Shown here one piece after another: positions 1 through 9,468 of a DNA stretch of 45,412 bases (positions are counted from its first letter, which is position 1; each line of letters starts with the position of its first letter). Below the pieces are notes generated by a model. The model ran no database searches. It saw nothing but the letters and a program-made list of their open reading frames with translations, and was not told the DNA's origin. Position numbers and translations under genes: made by a program. This stretch comes from an uncultured Algimonas sp. (lineage in GTDB: Bacteria > Pseudomonadota > Alphaproteobacteria > Caulobacterales > Maricaulaceae), in NCBI GenBank assembly GCA_964438555.1, contig CAYTLJ010000003.1, positions 6,621 through 52,032 on the forward strand, read 5' to 3'.

Positions 1-2
1 AG

Positions 3-476
3 CTGGATGAGCGGTTTTCGAGCTGCGAAGTTTTGACAATGCGTTTCATCCCAGATGAGGCGGGTCAGGGCGGAATGGATTTGACCACCTATGCGCCCGC
101 ACAAGACTATATAAATTCCGTCTATGACGATGATGCGGGTCACATATCAACAATCCGCGGAGACCGTATTCGGGCCCTGCTTTGCGAGCGCGATGACGTT
201 TTACCGGTCGATGCTGACTACCCGCTTCTCACCACAGGTGTGCCTTTCATCTTGTCGCAAGATTTTGATGACACGGAGACAGATAGCCTTACTATTTTTT
301 GGCGCAAAACCTATTTCGACTATGTCTATAAAGGATACCCTTTATCACTTGAGACTGAAACATTGCTAAAGTCTCGATTAGAGGCGTATTCAAATCGGGA
401 TCACGGTCTCAATAAGGATAAAGTAAAAACCCCAGAGATATTGAGCACAAATGTGGCTCCGCAAAAACCAAATTAA
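3..476 (+). CDS. Hypothetical protein, probably 5'-truncated by the window edge
   Basis: The frame is open from position 3 (LDERFSSCEVLTMRF...) to the stop at 476, 25 bp before dut. No family recognised. Confidence 0.6.
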   Translation: MDERFSSCEVLTMRFIPDEAGQGGMDLTTYAPAQDYINSVYDDDAGHISTIRGDRIRALLCERDDVLPVDADYPLLTTGVPFILSQDFDDTETDSLTIFWRKTYFDYVYKGYPLSLETETLLKSRLEAYSNRDHGLNKDKVKTPEILSTNVAPQKPN

Positions 477-501
477 ATAGATAAACGGACAAGCTGCAAA
501 T

Positions 502-957
502 ATGACACTTACATTGCAATTTAAGGCCCTTTCGCATTTTGAAGGCCTGACGCTTCCAAGCTTTGAAACTGAACTCGCGGCTGGGGCCGATCTTCGCGCG
601 GCTGTGGGCCAAAGTGATCCGCTTACACTTTCACCCGGTGAGCGTGCGCTTGTTCCCACAGGGTTATGCATGGCTATACCTGCCGGATATGAGGTGCAAA
701 TCAGACCGCGCTCGGGGTTGGCTTATAAACACGGAATTACCTGTTTAAACACACCTGGGACGATTGATGCAGATTATCGCGGCGAAGTGAAAGTTCTACT
801 TATCAATCACGGAGATAAGGATTTTACAATTCAACGCGGCGAAAGAATAGCGCAAATGATCATCGCACCGATCACCCAACCCGCATTTGAACTTGTGACA
901 GAATTATCCGATACAGAACGCGGTTCGGGTGGGTTTGGATCAACTGGGACGACCTAA
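502..957 (+). CDS. dut: dUTP diphosphatase
   Basis: Trimeric dUTPase motifs [38 protein letters not shown]. Confidence 0.97.
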   Translation: MTLTLQFKALSHFEGLTLPSFETELAAGADLRAAVGQSDPLTLSPGERALVPTGLCMAIPAGYEVQIRPRSGLAYKHGITCLNTPGTIDADYRGEVKVLLINHGDKDFTIQRGERIAQMIIAPITQPAFELVTELSDTERGSGGFGSTGTT

Positions 958-1033
958 TTAAGTCCGTCACAGATCGAAGAATTTTCGATGGAACGCTTTG
1001 TTAGACATCGCATAAAATTATGAAAGAGATGAA

Positions 1034-2011
1034 ATGGCAGACTTATTAAGAGGGCGAATTTACGACAATATCGCCCAGACTATGGGCAATACACCCCTTA
1101 TTCGTTTACCGGGCATAAGCGAAGGTTTAAAATCTGATCTTTGTTTTAAACTCGAATTTTTCAACCCCGTCGCGTCTGTTAAAGATCGGATTGGCATAGC
1201 CATGATCGAGGCGATGGAAAAATCTGGCACCTTAAAACCGGGCGGAATAATTGTTGAACCCACCTCTGGGAATACTGGCATTGCGATTGCCTTCGCTGCG
1301 GCGGCTAAAGGCTATAAAGCTATCCTGGTTATGCCAGAACAAATGTCGATAGAGCGTCGCAAAATGATGAAACTCTTTGGCGCCGAACTTGTCCTCACAG
1401 AGGCCTCTGGTGGAATCCCGCTCGCGATAGAGGTGGCAAACGAAATTGTTGAAAAAACACCCGGCGCCGTACAGGCTGGACAGTTTTCCAATCCCGCCAA
1501 TCCACAGATTCATTATGATACAACAGGCCCTGAAATCTGGAATGATTGCGCTGGAGAGATAGATGCATTTATTGCTGGTGTTGGCACAGGTGGCACGCTC
1601 TCTGGAGCTGGACGTTTCTTAAAAGAGAAAAATCCAAATTGTCAGATAATTGCGGTCGAGCCCATTGGGTCTCCTATGATTTCCAAGGGCGAAAAAGGCC
1701 CGCATAAAATCCAAGGCATAGGCGCTGGCTTTATTCCGGACAATCTAGACACAGATCTCGTCGATGATGTCGTAACCATTTCAAGCGATGCCGCTTATGG
1801 TACGGCTAAACATGTCGCCGCGCGTGACGGCGTACCCATAGGTATTTCTTCTGGTGCAGCAGTTGCTGCAGCCTTAATTGTTGGTGCGAGGCCCAATATG
1901 CAAGGCAAACGCATTGTTACAATCATTCCAAGTTTTGCGGAACGCTATCTTTCGACACCTCTTTTTGATGCCGAAGAGACAACCGAGATCCGTAAAAAAT
2001 CTGAGAGCTAA
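1034..2011 (+). CDS. cysK: Cysteine synthase A (O-acetylserine sulfhydrylase)
   Basis: GNTPL, PLP lysine in SVKDRI, EPTSGNTG, GVGTGGT, HKIQGIG, ERYLST. Confidence 0.93.
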   Translation: MADLLRGRIYDNIAQTMGNTPLIRLPGISEGLKSDLCFKLEFFNPVASVKDRIGIAMIEAMEKSGTLKPGGIIVEPTSGNTGIAIAFAAAAKGYKAILVMPEQMSIERRKMMKLFGAELVLTEASGGIPLAIEVANEIVEKTPGAVQAGQFSNPANPQIHYDTTGPEIWNDCAGEIDAFIAGVGTGGTLSGAGRFLKEKNPNCQIIAVEPIGSPMISKGEKGPHKIQGIGAGFIPDNLDTDLVDDVVTISSDAAYGTAKHVAARDGVPIGISSGAAVAAALIVGARPNMQGKRIVTIIPSFAERYLSTPLFDAEETTEIRKKSES

Positions 2012-2020
2012 GCGGCAAAA

Positions 2021-2764
2021 ATGGCCCTCACGCCAGAACAAACAGCGCGGTATGCAAGACATATTGTTTTGCGCGAAATTGGCGGTGCGGGACAGAATTC
2101 ACTCCTCCGCGCAAAAGTTGCGATCATTGGGGCCGGAGGTTTAGGCGGGCCAGCCGGTCTCTATCTGGCCACGGCAGGCATCGGTGAAATCACTTTAATT
2201 GATGATGATATTGTCGAGCTTTCTAACCTGCAGAGACAAATACAATTCTCAGACGATGATTTAGATAAAGACAAATCCAAAGCCATGGCACAGACGCTTT
2301 CGGCACGGGCGCCCCATACAAAAATCACACCGCAGCAAGTTCGTCTAACCTCTGAAAATGCGATGACCATCCTCAAAGGACATGACGTTATTTTAGACGG
2401 AACCGATAATTTTGCGACACGGTTAGGGATTAATAAGGCGTCTAGAGCGCTAAACATCCCGCTTGTGTCTGGGGCAATTGGGCGTTTCGAAATGCAATTA
2501 GGCGTGTTTAATACAGGTAACGCCTCACCCTGCTATCAATGTTTTGTCGGCGACATTGAAGATACGAACAGAAATTGCGCCAGTGAAGGTGTTTTAGGGG
2601 CGATTGCAGGCATGTGCGGGTCTATGATGGCTATGGAAGCCATCAAGCTTATCACAGGGACCGGTTCGCCCTTATCATCCAGATTATATATCTTTGATGC
2701 TCTGACGGCAGAGGGACGAACACTAAATTTGAAACAGGACGCAAATTGTCCTGTTTGTCATTAA
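2021..2764 (+). CDS. moeB: MoeB/ThiF-family adenylyltransferase
   Basis: RYARH, GAGGLG, SNLQRQ, DGTDNF and two CxxC Zn motifs (CYQC, CPVC). moeB versus thiF is not resolved. Confidence 0.8.
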   Translation: MALTPEQTARYARHIVLREIGGAGQNSLLRAKVAIIGAGGLGGPAGLYLATAGIGEITLIDDDIVELSNLQRQIQFSDDDLDKDKSKAMAQTLSARAPHTKITPQQVRLTSENAMTILKGHDVILDGTDNFATRLGINKASRALNIPLVSGAIGRFEMQLGVFNTGNASPCYQCFVGDIEDTNRNCASEGVLGAIAGMCGSMMAMEAIKLITGTGSPLSSRLYIFDALTAEGRTLNLKQDANCPVCH

Positions 2765-2768
2765 GGTA

Positions 2769-3200
2769 TTAGTCGACTTTGCGAACATTAACCGGACGAC
2801 CGGCTCTGAAACCATCGAAATTCGAGAAACCATTGAAATTTGAGAAACCAAAACCTTGATTAACAAATCTCGTCCGACCGAAACTGCGATGTTGAATGAT
2901 ACGATTGCGGAACCGTTCATTTTCAATTTCGAGACGCCTTAAATCTGCAATCTCAGCCTGCGAACGACGATCTGCTTGAATACGTCGCAACTCAGTTTCT
3001 TGACGAATTTTGGCAATTTCCAATTGGGTCGATGCAGCAGATCTTCCAACAGGGATGCTTGACGGGGCGTTATGTCGAAAGACTTTGACGCCGTTTTGAC
3101 AGTTCACAGAAAAGTTGCCATCGGCACTATTTCCACAATATGCGAAAGCCGTTGTCGGTAATGACATAAGCGCTATCGCTATAATTCCAGCACGGATCAT
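2769..3200 (-). CDS. Hypothetical secreted protein
   Basis: Signal peptide ending AFA, a Cys pair, a charged helical middle and a G/F/N-rich tail. GGAG lies upstream of the ATG. Confidence 0.7.
   Translation of the reverse strand: MIRAGIIAIALMSLPTTAFAYCGNSADGNFSVNCQNGVKVFRHNAPSSIPVGRSAASTQLEIAKIRQETELRRIQADRRSQAEIADLRRLEIENERFRNRIIQHRSFGRTRFVNQGFGFSNFNGFSNFDGFRAGRPVNVRKVD
2808..2850. repeat. Imperfect 18-bp tandem repeat (about 2.4 copies) within the CDS
   Basis: GAAACCATCGAAATTCGA / GAAACCATTGAAATTTGA / GAAACCA, encoding GFSNFN-GFSNFD-GF on the minus strand. Confidence 0.85.
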
Positions 3201-3287
3201 AATATATCTCCTATTTGGACTTGAGACTTTCTTAATCCCAGAGCTTTTGCAACCCCATTCAAGTCAGGCGCGAATCTTAGGTAATTT

Positions 3288-3998
3288 CTACCCGTTAATT
3301 GAAATCGCATGATCCGCCATCGTTTTATAGTCAGATCGACAAGCCTCTAATAGATCATGGTGGTCAGGTGATATTTCCGGTATCACTGAAGACGGCTTGC
3401 CAAAACCAGTAGAGGCCCAGACCGACTTATACCACCACGGTGCCCATGGTCCGTCTTCAATATGCGCGCCCGCTTCCCAGGAAAGCATGGCTGGATCAAA
3501 AGGAATATCTATGGCTTGGCAAAGTGATCCCAGCGCTTTTTCGGGATTTTCCAATATTGTCTCACTATGAATGATAGGAGGTCGTCCCAATAGGTCCCAA
3601 AACCTGCGTTGCGGCGCATAGCCCAAATCATCCAAATCAAATGCGGCTCGCCCTTTTGCATAGCTTGCAATTACGCGCACGGGATCACGGATCAGAAAAA
3701 AATGTTTCGCGCCTTTAGACCAGTCCATCGGAAACCCGTCCAACATGTGATGCGGCATATGTTTTTGAAAGGCATATTGTCCGCGCCGACCATGCTGGGC
3801 GCAAAGCTCTGCCACACGCAAAGGATCCGTTTCGCACTGTTCCAATGTTTCGCGACGGCCCGGATGATCTTTGCCCGAGTGTTTTAAAAATGGTGCAAAG
3901 AAAGGCTCATCGAATACTGTACAATCTGCGCGTGAGCCAAAACTCCGCATCATGGCCGTGGAAAGGTTGCGCGGCCCCGACCACATCGCAATGATCAC
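3288..3998 (-). CDS. Sulfotransferase-like P-loop protein associated with a class IV aminotransferase
   Basis: N-terminal WSGPRNLSTAMMRSF, DEPF, FQKHM, FLIRDP...SY, PWWY..V..STGF. Its GTG start overlaps the upstream TGA (GTGA). Confidence 0.8.
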   Translation of the reverse strand: MIIAMWSGPRNLSTAMMRSFGSRADCTVFDEPFFAPFLKHSGKDHPGRRETLEQCETDPLRVAELCAQHGRRGQYAFQKHMPHHMLDGFPMDWSKGAKHFFLIRDPVRVIASYAKGRAAFDLDDLGYAPQRRFWDLLGRPPIIHSETILENPEKALGSLCQAIDIPFDPAMLSWEAGAHIEDGPWAPWWYKSVWASTGFGKPSSVIPEISPDHHDLLEACRSDYKTMADHAISING

Positions 3999-4909
3999 GT
4001 CGAGCAGTCCTGATCAATGAGGGCCAGATAAAGCTGTTGCAGGCGCTCCGTCACTGGCCCGCGCACACCCTCTCCAATTTGTCGCCCGTCAATTTCTCCG
4101 ACGGGCGCAAGACCCGCAAAGGTCCCCGTCGTAAAGGCTTCATCCGCACTATAGCATTTCATCAAGCTGAAATTCTTTTCAAATACAGGAATTTCATTTG
4201 CCCGACAGAGATCGATGATTTTCCCGCGCGTAATGCCGCCCAGACAATAATCCCCCGATGAAGTCCACACCTCGCCTTTGCGCACAATAAAAAAATGCGT
4301 GGAATTACAGGTTGCAACGAATCCTTGAGGGTCGAGCATTAGGCCTTCATCAGCCCCAGCTTTAATGGCCTGAATACAGGCCGTAACACAATTTATCTTG
4401 GAATGTGAATTAAGCCCAGGATCCTGAACATCAGATCGCCCGCGCCGTACGCTGACAGTATAAAGCCGCAAGGGATTTAAGGCAGTCTCCGGATTGGCTT
4501 TTTTAAATTCTGGGGCAATGACAATTGTCGCATCTGATATGATGACCCTTGGGTCTTGATAAGGGGTCGAGCGCAAACCGCGTGTCACCATAAGACGAAT
4601 ATGCACATCTTCGCGCATGTCATTGGCCGCAAGGGTGTCATAAATTCGCTTCGTTAGATCCGATTGGCTAAGCCCTATATCGATGTCGAGAGCTGCCGCG
4701 CCTTCCCATAATCGATCCAAATGGTCAGCGAGAAAGGCAATTCGTCCATGGTGAACGCGAAGTCCCTCCCACACACCATCGCCTAACATAAAACCTGAAT
4801 CAAAAACATTCACCACCGCTTTATCGCGCGGAAGTAGCGTTCCGTTCACATTGAAGAGAACAGACGCATTTCTTTCATCCGGAACATAGGCGTGAGATCC
4901 ATAACTCAT
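3995..4909 (-). CDS. Aminotransferase class IV (branched-chain/D-amino acid aminotransferase-like)
   Basis: DSGFMLGDGVWEG, HLDRL, HSK (PLP Lys), CLGGITR, ADEAFTTGT, IDGR.IG..GPVT. Confidence 0.88.
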   Translation of the reverse strand: MSYGSHAYVPDERNASVLFNVNGTLLPRDKAVVNVFDSGFMLGDGVWEGLRVHHGRIAFLADHLDRLWEGAAALDIDIGLSQSDLTKRIYDTLAANDMREDVHIRLMVTRGLRSTPYQDPRVIISDATIVIAPEFKKANPETALNPLRLYTVSVRRGRSDVQDPGLNSHSKINCVTACIQAIKAGADEGLMLDPQGFVATCNSTHFFIVRKGEVWTSSGDYCLGGITRGKIIDLCRANEIPVFEKNFSLMKCYSADEAFTTGTFAGLAPVGEIDGRQIGEGVRGPVTERLQQLYLALIDQDCST

Positions 4910-4920
4910 AATCTAGCGTT

Positions 4921-5886
4921 TTAAATATCTCCGCCCAGAGACCGCCATGTCGCCGTAATCATTGCAGGTTTTGTGATAAAAGCCTCAAGCTCCGTCATAT
5001 CTTCGAGCGGATCTGCAGCGATAATATCCTCTAGGCTTTCACCTGCATCTTTGCGCGCTTTGATCCTGTCATGAATAGATTGCAAGCGCGCAATACTATC
5101 ACCCAGATCAGTTTTAGTTGAGAGCGGGCCGTGACCCGGAATAATTTTGGTATTTGCATTAGCCAGATCATAAGCCGTTTGCTGGGCTTTAATCATGCCC
5201 TGTATGCTCCCACCGGAATCAACATCGACAAAAGGCAACATGCCGCGGAAATAATTATCACCGAGATGGATAATATTGGCCTCGACGAAATGTACAATGG
5301 AATCACCATCCGTATGACCATGTGGAATATGAATGGCACGCACTTCATCGCCGTTGAAATGTAGGGTCATACGATCAGAAAACGTTAAGGTTGGCCATAA
5401 TGCGGGATCGCGCGCATCTTGCTGGCGACCAAAGGCCTCATTCATAAAGCTAGTGCCCATTCTTTCGCGAACATTATCATGGGCAACAATAGTTGCGCCA
5501 ACCTCTTTCATCTCAACATTGGCACCTGAATGATCACCATGATGATGCGTGTTTAAAACATATGTGATTGGCTTGTCTGACAATGTCCCGACAACATCGA
5601 TGATTTCCTGCCCAAAACGCGCAAATTTATCATCAATCATATAAACGCCGTCATCGCCCGTACTAACACCAATATTCCCACCTGGACCAAGCAACATATA
5701 AAATCCGCCACCCAAATCTTGCGTTGTAATATTGGGTTTAGCAGGTGCCGCAGCAGCTTTCGTCTCCGTTTTGGATTGCGGTTCCGCTTTCGCTGAGAGT
5801 TCGGCTTGCGGTGTTTGTTTCGTCGTTGTTTCGGCTTGCGAACAGGCGGCAAGAAAAACAGCGGATAAGAGTAGGATTTTTTTCAT
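4921..5886 (-). CDS. MBL-fold metallo-hydrolase, lipoprotein
   Basis: Lipobox LAAC; NTHHHGDH (HxHxDH), GHTDGD, HLGD, IPGHG. Confidence 0.88.
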   Translation of the reverse strand: MKKILLLSAVFLAACSQAETTTKQTPQAELSAKAEPQSKTETKAAAAPAKPNITTQDLGGGFYMLLGPGGNIGVSTGDDGVYMIDDKFARFGQEIIDVVGTLSDKPITYVLNTHHHGDHSGANVEMKEVGATIVAHDNVRERMGTSFMNEAFGRQQDARDPALWPTLTFSDRMTLHFNGDEVRAIHIPHGHTDGDSIVHFVEANIIHLGDNYFRGMLPFVDVDSGGSIQGMIKAQQTAYDLANANTKIIPGHGPLSTKTDLGDSIARLQSIHDRIKARKDAGESLEDIIAADPLEDMTELEAFITKPAMITATWRSLGGDI

Positions 5887-5932
5887 CAGAAGCGCCCTTT
5901 CTATGACGTTATTGGGCTAAAAATTTATTGGA

Positions 5933-6934
5933 CTATGAGGCTATTTGAAAACTCGCCCCCGGCGGTAAGACACGATTTGGACACGCATGATGATCCATCA
6001 TGGCGCGGATATTGATTAGGACCAATTCACCCATCTCCCGACGGGATTCATGGGTCGCTGACGCTATATGCGGCGCGAGAATAACATTTGGTAATTCAAG
6101 AAGGCGGGCGCGCGGCTTGGCTTTGCGTTCATAAACATCCAGACCTGCGCCTGAAATCGTGCCGGATTTCAAGGCTCCGGCCAAAGCCCCTTCATCAATA
6201 ATTTCACCCCTGGCCGTATTAATAATATAACTGTCTGGCCGCATAAGCGACAGACGGCCTTCATTTATAAGATGATAGGTATGGGGTGTGGCCGGACAAT
6301 GCAGCGATAAAAAATTTACCTGACCTAACATCTCGTCCAAATTTTCATGCCAAGTCGCGCCGACAGAGGCTTCAATGCCTTTTGGCAGGCGGCGGCGATT
6401 ATGATAATGGACTTTTAAACCAAAAGCATTTGCACGTCTTGCTAAGGCCTGACCAATACGTCCCATCCCAACAATTCCGAGGTCGCCCCCGCGAACGCGA
6501 TGCCCTAACATATGGGTCGGCCCCCACCCTTCAAATTCACCGCGGCGCATCAGACGATCGCCCTCGACCAAGCGACGCGGCACGGCCAAGATAAGCGCCA
6601 TAGCAAGATCGGCCGTATCTTCCGTCAAAACACCTGGGGTGTTTGAAACTGGAATATTTTTTTCATAGGCGGCTTTAACATCAATATGATCTGTTCCCGC
6701 CCCAAAATTTGCGATGAGACGTAATCGGGATGAGGCGGCCGCAATTACCTGAGCATCGATATTATCCGTGACCGTCGGAACAAAGACATCACAGTCCGAA
6801 ATCGCGCTCGCCAATTCATCTTGGGTCATTGGTGTATCATCAGCGCGTAACACAGTATCGAATAAATCGCGCATACGCGCTTCGACTTCTTCGGGGAGTC
6901 TGCGTGTCACAACAACCTTGGGGCTTTTCTTCAT
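5933..6934 (-). CDS. D-isomer-specific 2-hydroxyacid dehydrogenase (glyoxylate reductase/D-glycerate dehydrogenase-like)
   Basis: KVVVTRRLP, GAGTDHID, NTPGVLTEDTA, GMGRIG, NTARG, GLDVYE, PHIAS. Start moved to the ATG at 6934 (MKKSPK). Confidence 0.9.
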   Translation of the reverse strand: MKKSPKVVVTRRLPEEVEARMRDLFDTVLRADDTPMTQDELASAISDCDVFVPTVTDNIDAQVIAAASSRLRLIANFGAGTDHIDVKAAYEKNIPVSNTPGVLTEDTADLAMALILAVPRRLVEGDRLMRRGEFEGWGPTHMLGHRVRGGDLGIVGMGRIGQALARRANAFGLKVHYHNRRRLPKGIEASVGATWHENLDEMLGQVNFLSLHCPATPHTYHLINEGRLSLMRPDSYIINTARGEIIDEGALAGALKSGTISGAGLDVYERKAKPRARLLELPNVILAPHIASATHESRREMGELVLINIRAMMDHHACPNRVLPPGASFQIAS

Positions 6935-7027
6935 AAAGTCACATTGCGGGAATATTGACAGAAAAGCAATGCGTAGAGCGCCCAGAATTAGGAATGGATT
7001 AACCAAAACTATTGCAAATAGAGCAAT

Positions 7028-7573
7028 ATGCGCAGTCTTTATTTTACGCTTTGTTTTTCAGTGCTCTCTTCGACAGCCGCTTGGGCTCAGATCGAAACCC
7101 AACGGATTGTTGAGCCTATTCCGCAAATAAACACGCAAAATATTTACCGCGTGAGTGCTGACCGGACCCCGTCTGGCTTTGCCGTACCCAGATATGTGTC
7201 TTTGAAATTTACAAAAGTGAATGCGCGTACAGGTCCAAGTCGCGACCACCCGATCGCCTATCAATATCAACGTCGTGGCCTACCCGTTATGATCGTCGCT
7301 GAAACTGAAATGTGGCGAAAAATACGCGATATTTCTGGGGATGAGGCCTGGGTTAGAAAGCCTGCTCTGTCAGGGTCAAGAACTGTAATTGCCCTAAACC
7401 CGACAAGCCTTCGAAAAAAACCTAAAGCCGATGCGAGAGAGATCGCACGAACGGAATCTAACACCGTTCTCAAACTCGAAAGCTGTAATGAGACTGGATG
7501 GTGTGAAGTAAGGTCTGAAGGCGGCTTCAAAGGCTGGACCCGCAAAATAGATTTGTGGGGCGCAGATCTATAA
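7028..7573 (+). CDS. Exported tandem bacterial SH3 (SH3_4-like) protein
   Basis: Signal peptide (AWA); PRYVSLK..VNARTGP, GLPV, WRKIRD..G.EAWV, WCEV...GW. Divergent from the hydroxyacid dehydrogenase. Confidence 0.85.
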   Translation: MRSLYFTLCFSVLSSTAAWAQIETQRIVEPIPQINTQNIYRVSADRTPSGFAVPRYVSLKFTKVNARTGPSRDHPIAYQYQRRGLPVMIVAETEMWRKIRDISGDEAWVRKPALSGSRTVIALNPTSLRKKPKADAREIARTESNTVLKLESCNETGWCEVRSEGGFKGWTRKIDLWGADL

Positions 7574-7595
7574 GGCGTGCCGTTAGACCACGTCT

Positions 7596-8474
7596 CTAAG
7601 ACTTTAAAACGCGACCTGCAACCGCATCTAGTTTTGCCATTAATTTTGGATCTCTCGCCGCAGAAGGCGTAATAATCGCGACATCCAAATTTGTATCTAT
7701 TCCGCTTGGACAGGATGTGCGCTCTATTGATCCAAGCTTTTTTGTCAATTCAAGAACCGCTTTAGCCCCTGTTGCAGAATTTTGTTGTAAGATAGCGATT
7801 ACACTGGCCACATCCACACTCCCGTGGCCGTCATGCCAACAATCATAATCTGTCACCATCGCCATAGTCGCATAGGGCAATTCGGCTTCTCTGGCGAGCT
7901 TAGCTTCCGGCATATTTGTCATGCCAATCACGTCACACCCCCAGGCGCGGTACATATGCGACTCGGCTTTTGTCGAAAATTGTGGACCTTCCATAGCGAG
8001 GTAGGTCCCGCCTTTATGAATAGTCGCTCCTGCTTGTTTTGCCGCCTCACCAGCCAATGTTGATAGCCGGTTACAAATAGGGTCTGCGACACTGACATGC
8101 GCAACGCAGCCTTTTCCAAAAAAGCTCTTCTCGCGTTTAAAGGTCCGGTCTATGAATTGATCAACCATCACAAAATGACCTGGAACATATTCCTCTTTAA
8201 GGCTTCCAACCGCCGATACAGATAAGAGGTCCGTACAGCCCGCACGTTTAAGGGCATCAATATTGGCGCGGTAGTTAACATCGGATGGGGACAAGGCGTG
8301 TCCGCGGCCATGACGCGGCAGAAACCGCAATTTTACGCCATTAATTTCGGCAAAGAGAATGTCATCTGAAACCTCGCCCCAAGGCGACGAGACAGATACC
8401 CATTCTGGGTTTTCTAGTCCTGGAATATTATATAGTCCGGATCCGCCCAAAATGCCCAAAGTCCATTGCGTCAT
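7596..8474 (-). CDS. mtnP: S-methyl-5'-thioadenosine phosphorylase
   Basis: GILGGSGLY, PRHGRGH, NYRANI, SAVGSL, DQFIDRT, EGPQFST.AES, GMTNMPEAKLAREAE, VTDYDCW. GGAGA sits 6 nt before the ATG at 8474. Confidence 0.93.
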   Translation of the reverse strand: MTQWTLGILGGSGLYNIPGLENPEWVSVSSPWGEVSDDILFAEINGVKLRFLPRHGRGHALSPSDVNYRANIDALKRAGCTDLLSVSAVGSLKEEYVPGHFVMVDQFIDRTFKREKSFFGKGCVAHVSVADPICNRLSTLAGEAAKQAGATIHKGGTYLAMEGPQFSTKAESHMYRAWGCDVIGMTNMPEAKLAREAELPYATMAMVTDYDCWHDGHGSVDVASVIAILQQNSATGAKAVLELTKKLGSIERTSCPSGIDTNLDVAIITPSAARDPKLMAKLDAVAGRVLKS

Positions 8475-8505
8475 GTTCACTCTCCAAATTGAGCTATAGA
8501 TGATA

Positions 8506-8537
8506 TGAAAAAACCCGATCTTTCAACCGGGTCTTCA
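8506..8537 (-). terminator. Intrinsic terminator after petC
   Basis: Minus strand ACCCGGT-TGAAAG-ATCGGGT followed by TTTTT. Confidence 0.65.
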
Positions 8538-8558
8538 CGTCAAATTTTCGTGTCTTCT

Positions 8559-9425
8559 CTAATGTTTCACATGTCTCCAGACACGTTTGTAAGAGAAGAA
8601 TAAAAGGATCGATAAAATCAGAAGATAGATCAATGTCATCAGACCTGTTGATTTCCGCTCTGCCATTTTCGGGTCCGCCGTCCAAGCCAGAAATTGCGTG
8701 ACGTCTTTTGCCATTTGCTCAACGGTTGCTTCAGGCGCTGGAATAGTCTTGATCTCGCCGTGATCTTCATATTCGACCGCTTCATATTCTATCAGACCTT
8801 CAGTTAAAGGCGGCGCCATCGCGATTTTGCCTTCGCCATTTGTAAATACCGGGTTCCAATGTTGGCCTGTTGCGAGCTCTACACCATTTGGTGCGTCGCC
8901 ATAGGCAATCATAAGATTATAGAGATAATCGGCACCACCAGATCTTGCTTTGACCATATTGGACAAATCAGGCGGCAAAGATCCGCCATTAGAGGCTTGA
9001 GCAGCAGCTGCATTTGGAAATGGATTCGGGAAATAATCACCAGGAATACCAGCTCGATCAATCGGGTCGCCAGTTTCAGTATCGATATCAGGAATTGAGG
9101 CTTCCGCTGCGAAGTTCTTCACATAAGGATTATCATTGGGGTTTTTAAAATCCTCGAGATAATAGGGTCCACCTTTATCGCCAAGATGTCTGAAGGCCAC
9201 ATAATTCATGCCATGACAGGCTGCGCAAACTTCGCGGTAGACCTGATAACCACGCTGGACAGATTCGCGATCGAATTGACCAAACGCGCCCTTAAATGAC
9301 CAATCAGGGTGTTTCATCTTATAATCGCCAACTGGGCCACTACCCGCCGCAAAGGCGATCCCAGTCACTGATGCTAAGGTCACAACACCGCCGAGGAGGA
9401 CTGTTCTTAATGTCTTCAACGCCAT
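8559..9425 (-). CDS. petC: Cytochrome c1
   Basis: Signal peptide, RGYQVYREVCAACH heme motif, PPDLS, IAMAPP (axial Met), C-terminal TM anchor. Confidence 0.96.
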   Translation of the reverse strand: MALKTLRTVLLGGVVTLASVTGIAFAAGSGPVGDYKMKHPDWSFKGAFGQFDRESVQRGYQVYREVCAACHGMNYVAFRHLGDKGGPYYLEDFKNPNDNPYVKNFAAEASIPDIDTETGDPIDRAGIPGDYFPNPFPNAAAAQASNGGSLPPDLSNMVKARSGGADYLYNLMIAYGDAPNGVELATGQHWNPVFTNGEGKIAMAPPLTEGLIEYEAVEYEDHGEIKTIPAPEATVEQMAKDVTQFLAWTADPKMAERKSTGLMTLIYLLILSILLFFSYKRVWRHVKH

Positions 9426-9468
9426 GTCTTACGCTCTCCGGTTAGTCAAAATTCTCACAAATCAACCG

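Noticed and set aside
973..989. Near-palindrome ATCGAAGAATTTTCGAT upstream of cysK
   Set aside because: Short AT-rich arms and no cognate regulator nearby; too weak to call.
2808..2850. Tandem repeat as a CRISPR or mobile-element remnant
   Set aside because: Only about 2.4 adjacent 18-bp copies, no spacers, in frame within a CDS, and no cas genes.
4921..5886. Metallo-beta-lactamase resistance gene
   Set aside because: HxHxDH and HLGD fit the broad MBL-fold hydrolases; the B1-type Cys ligand is absent and there is no mobile context.
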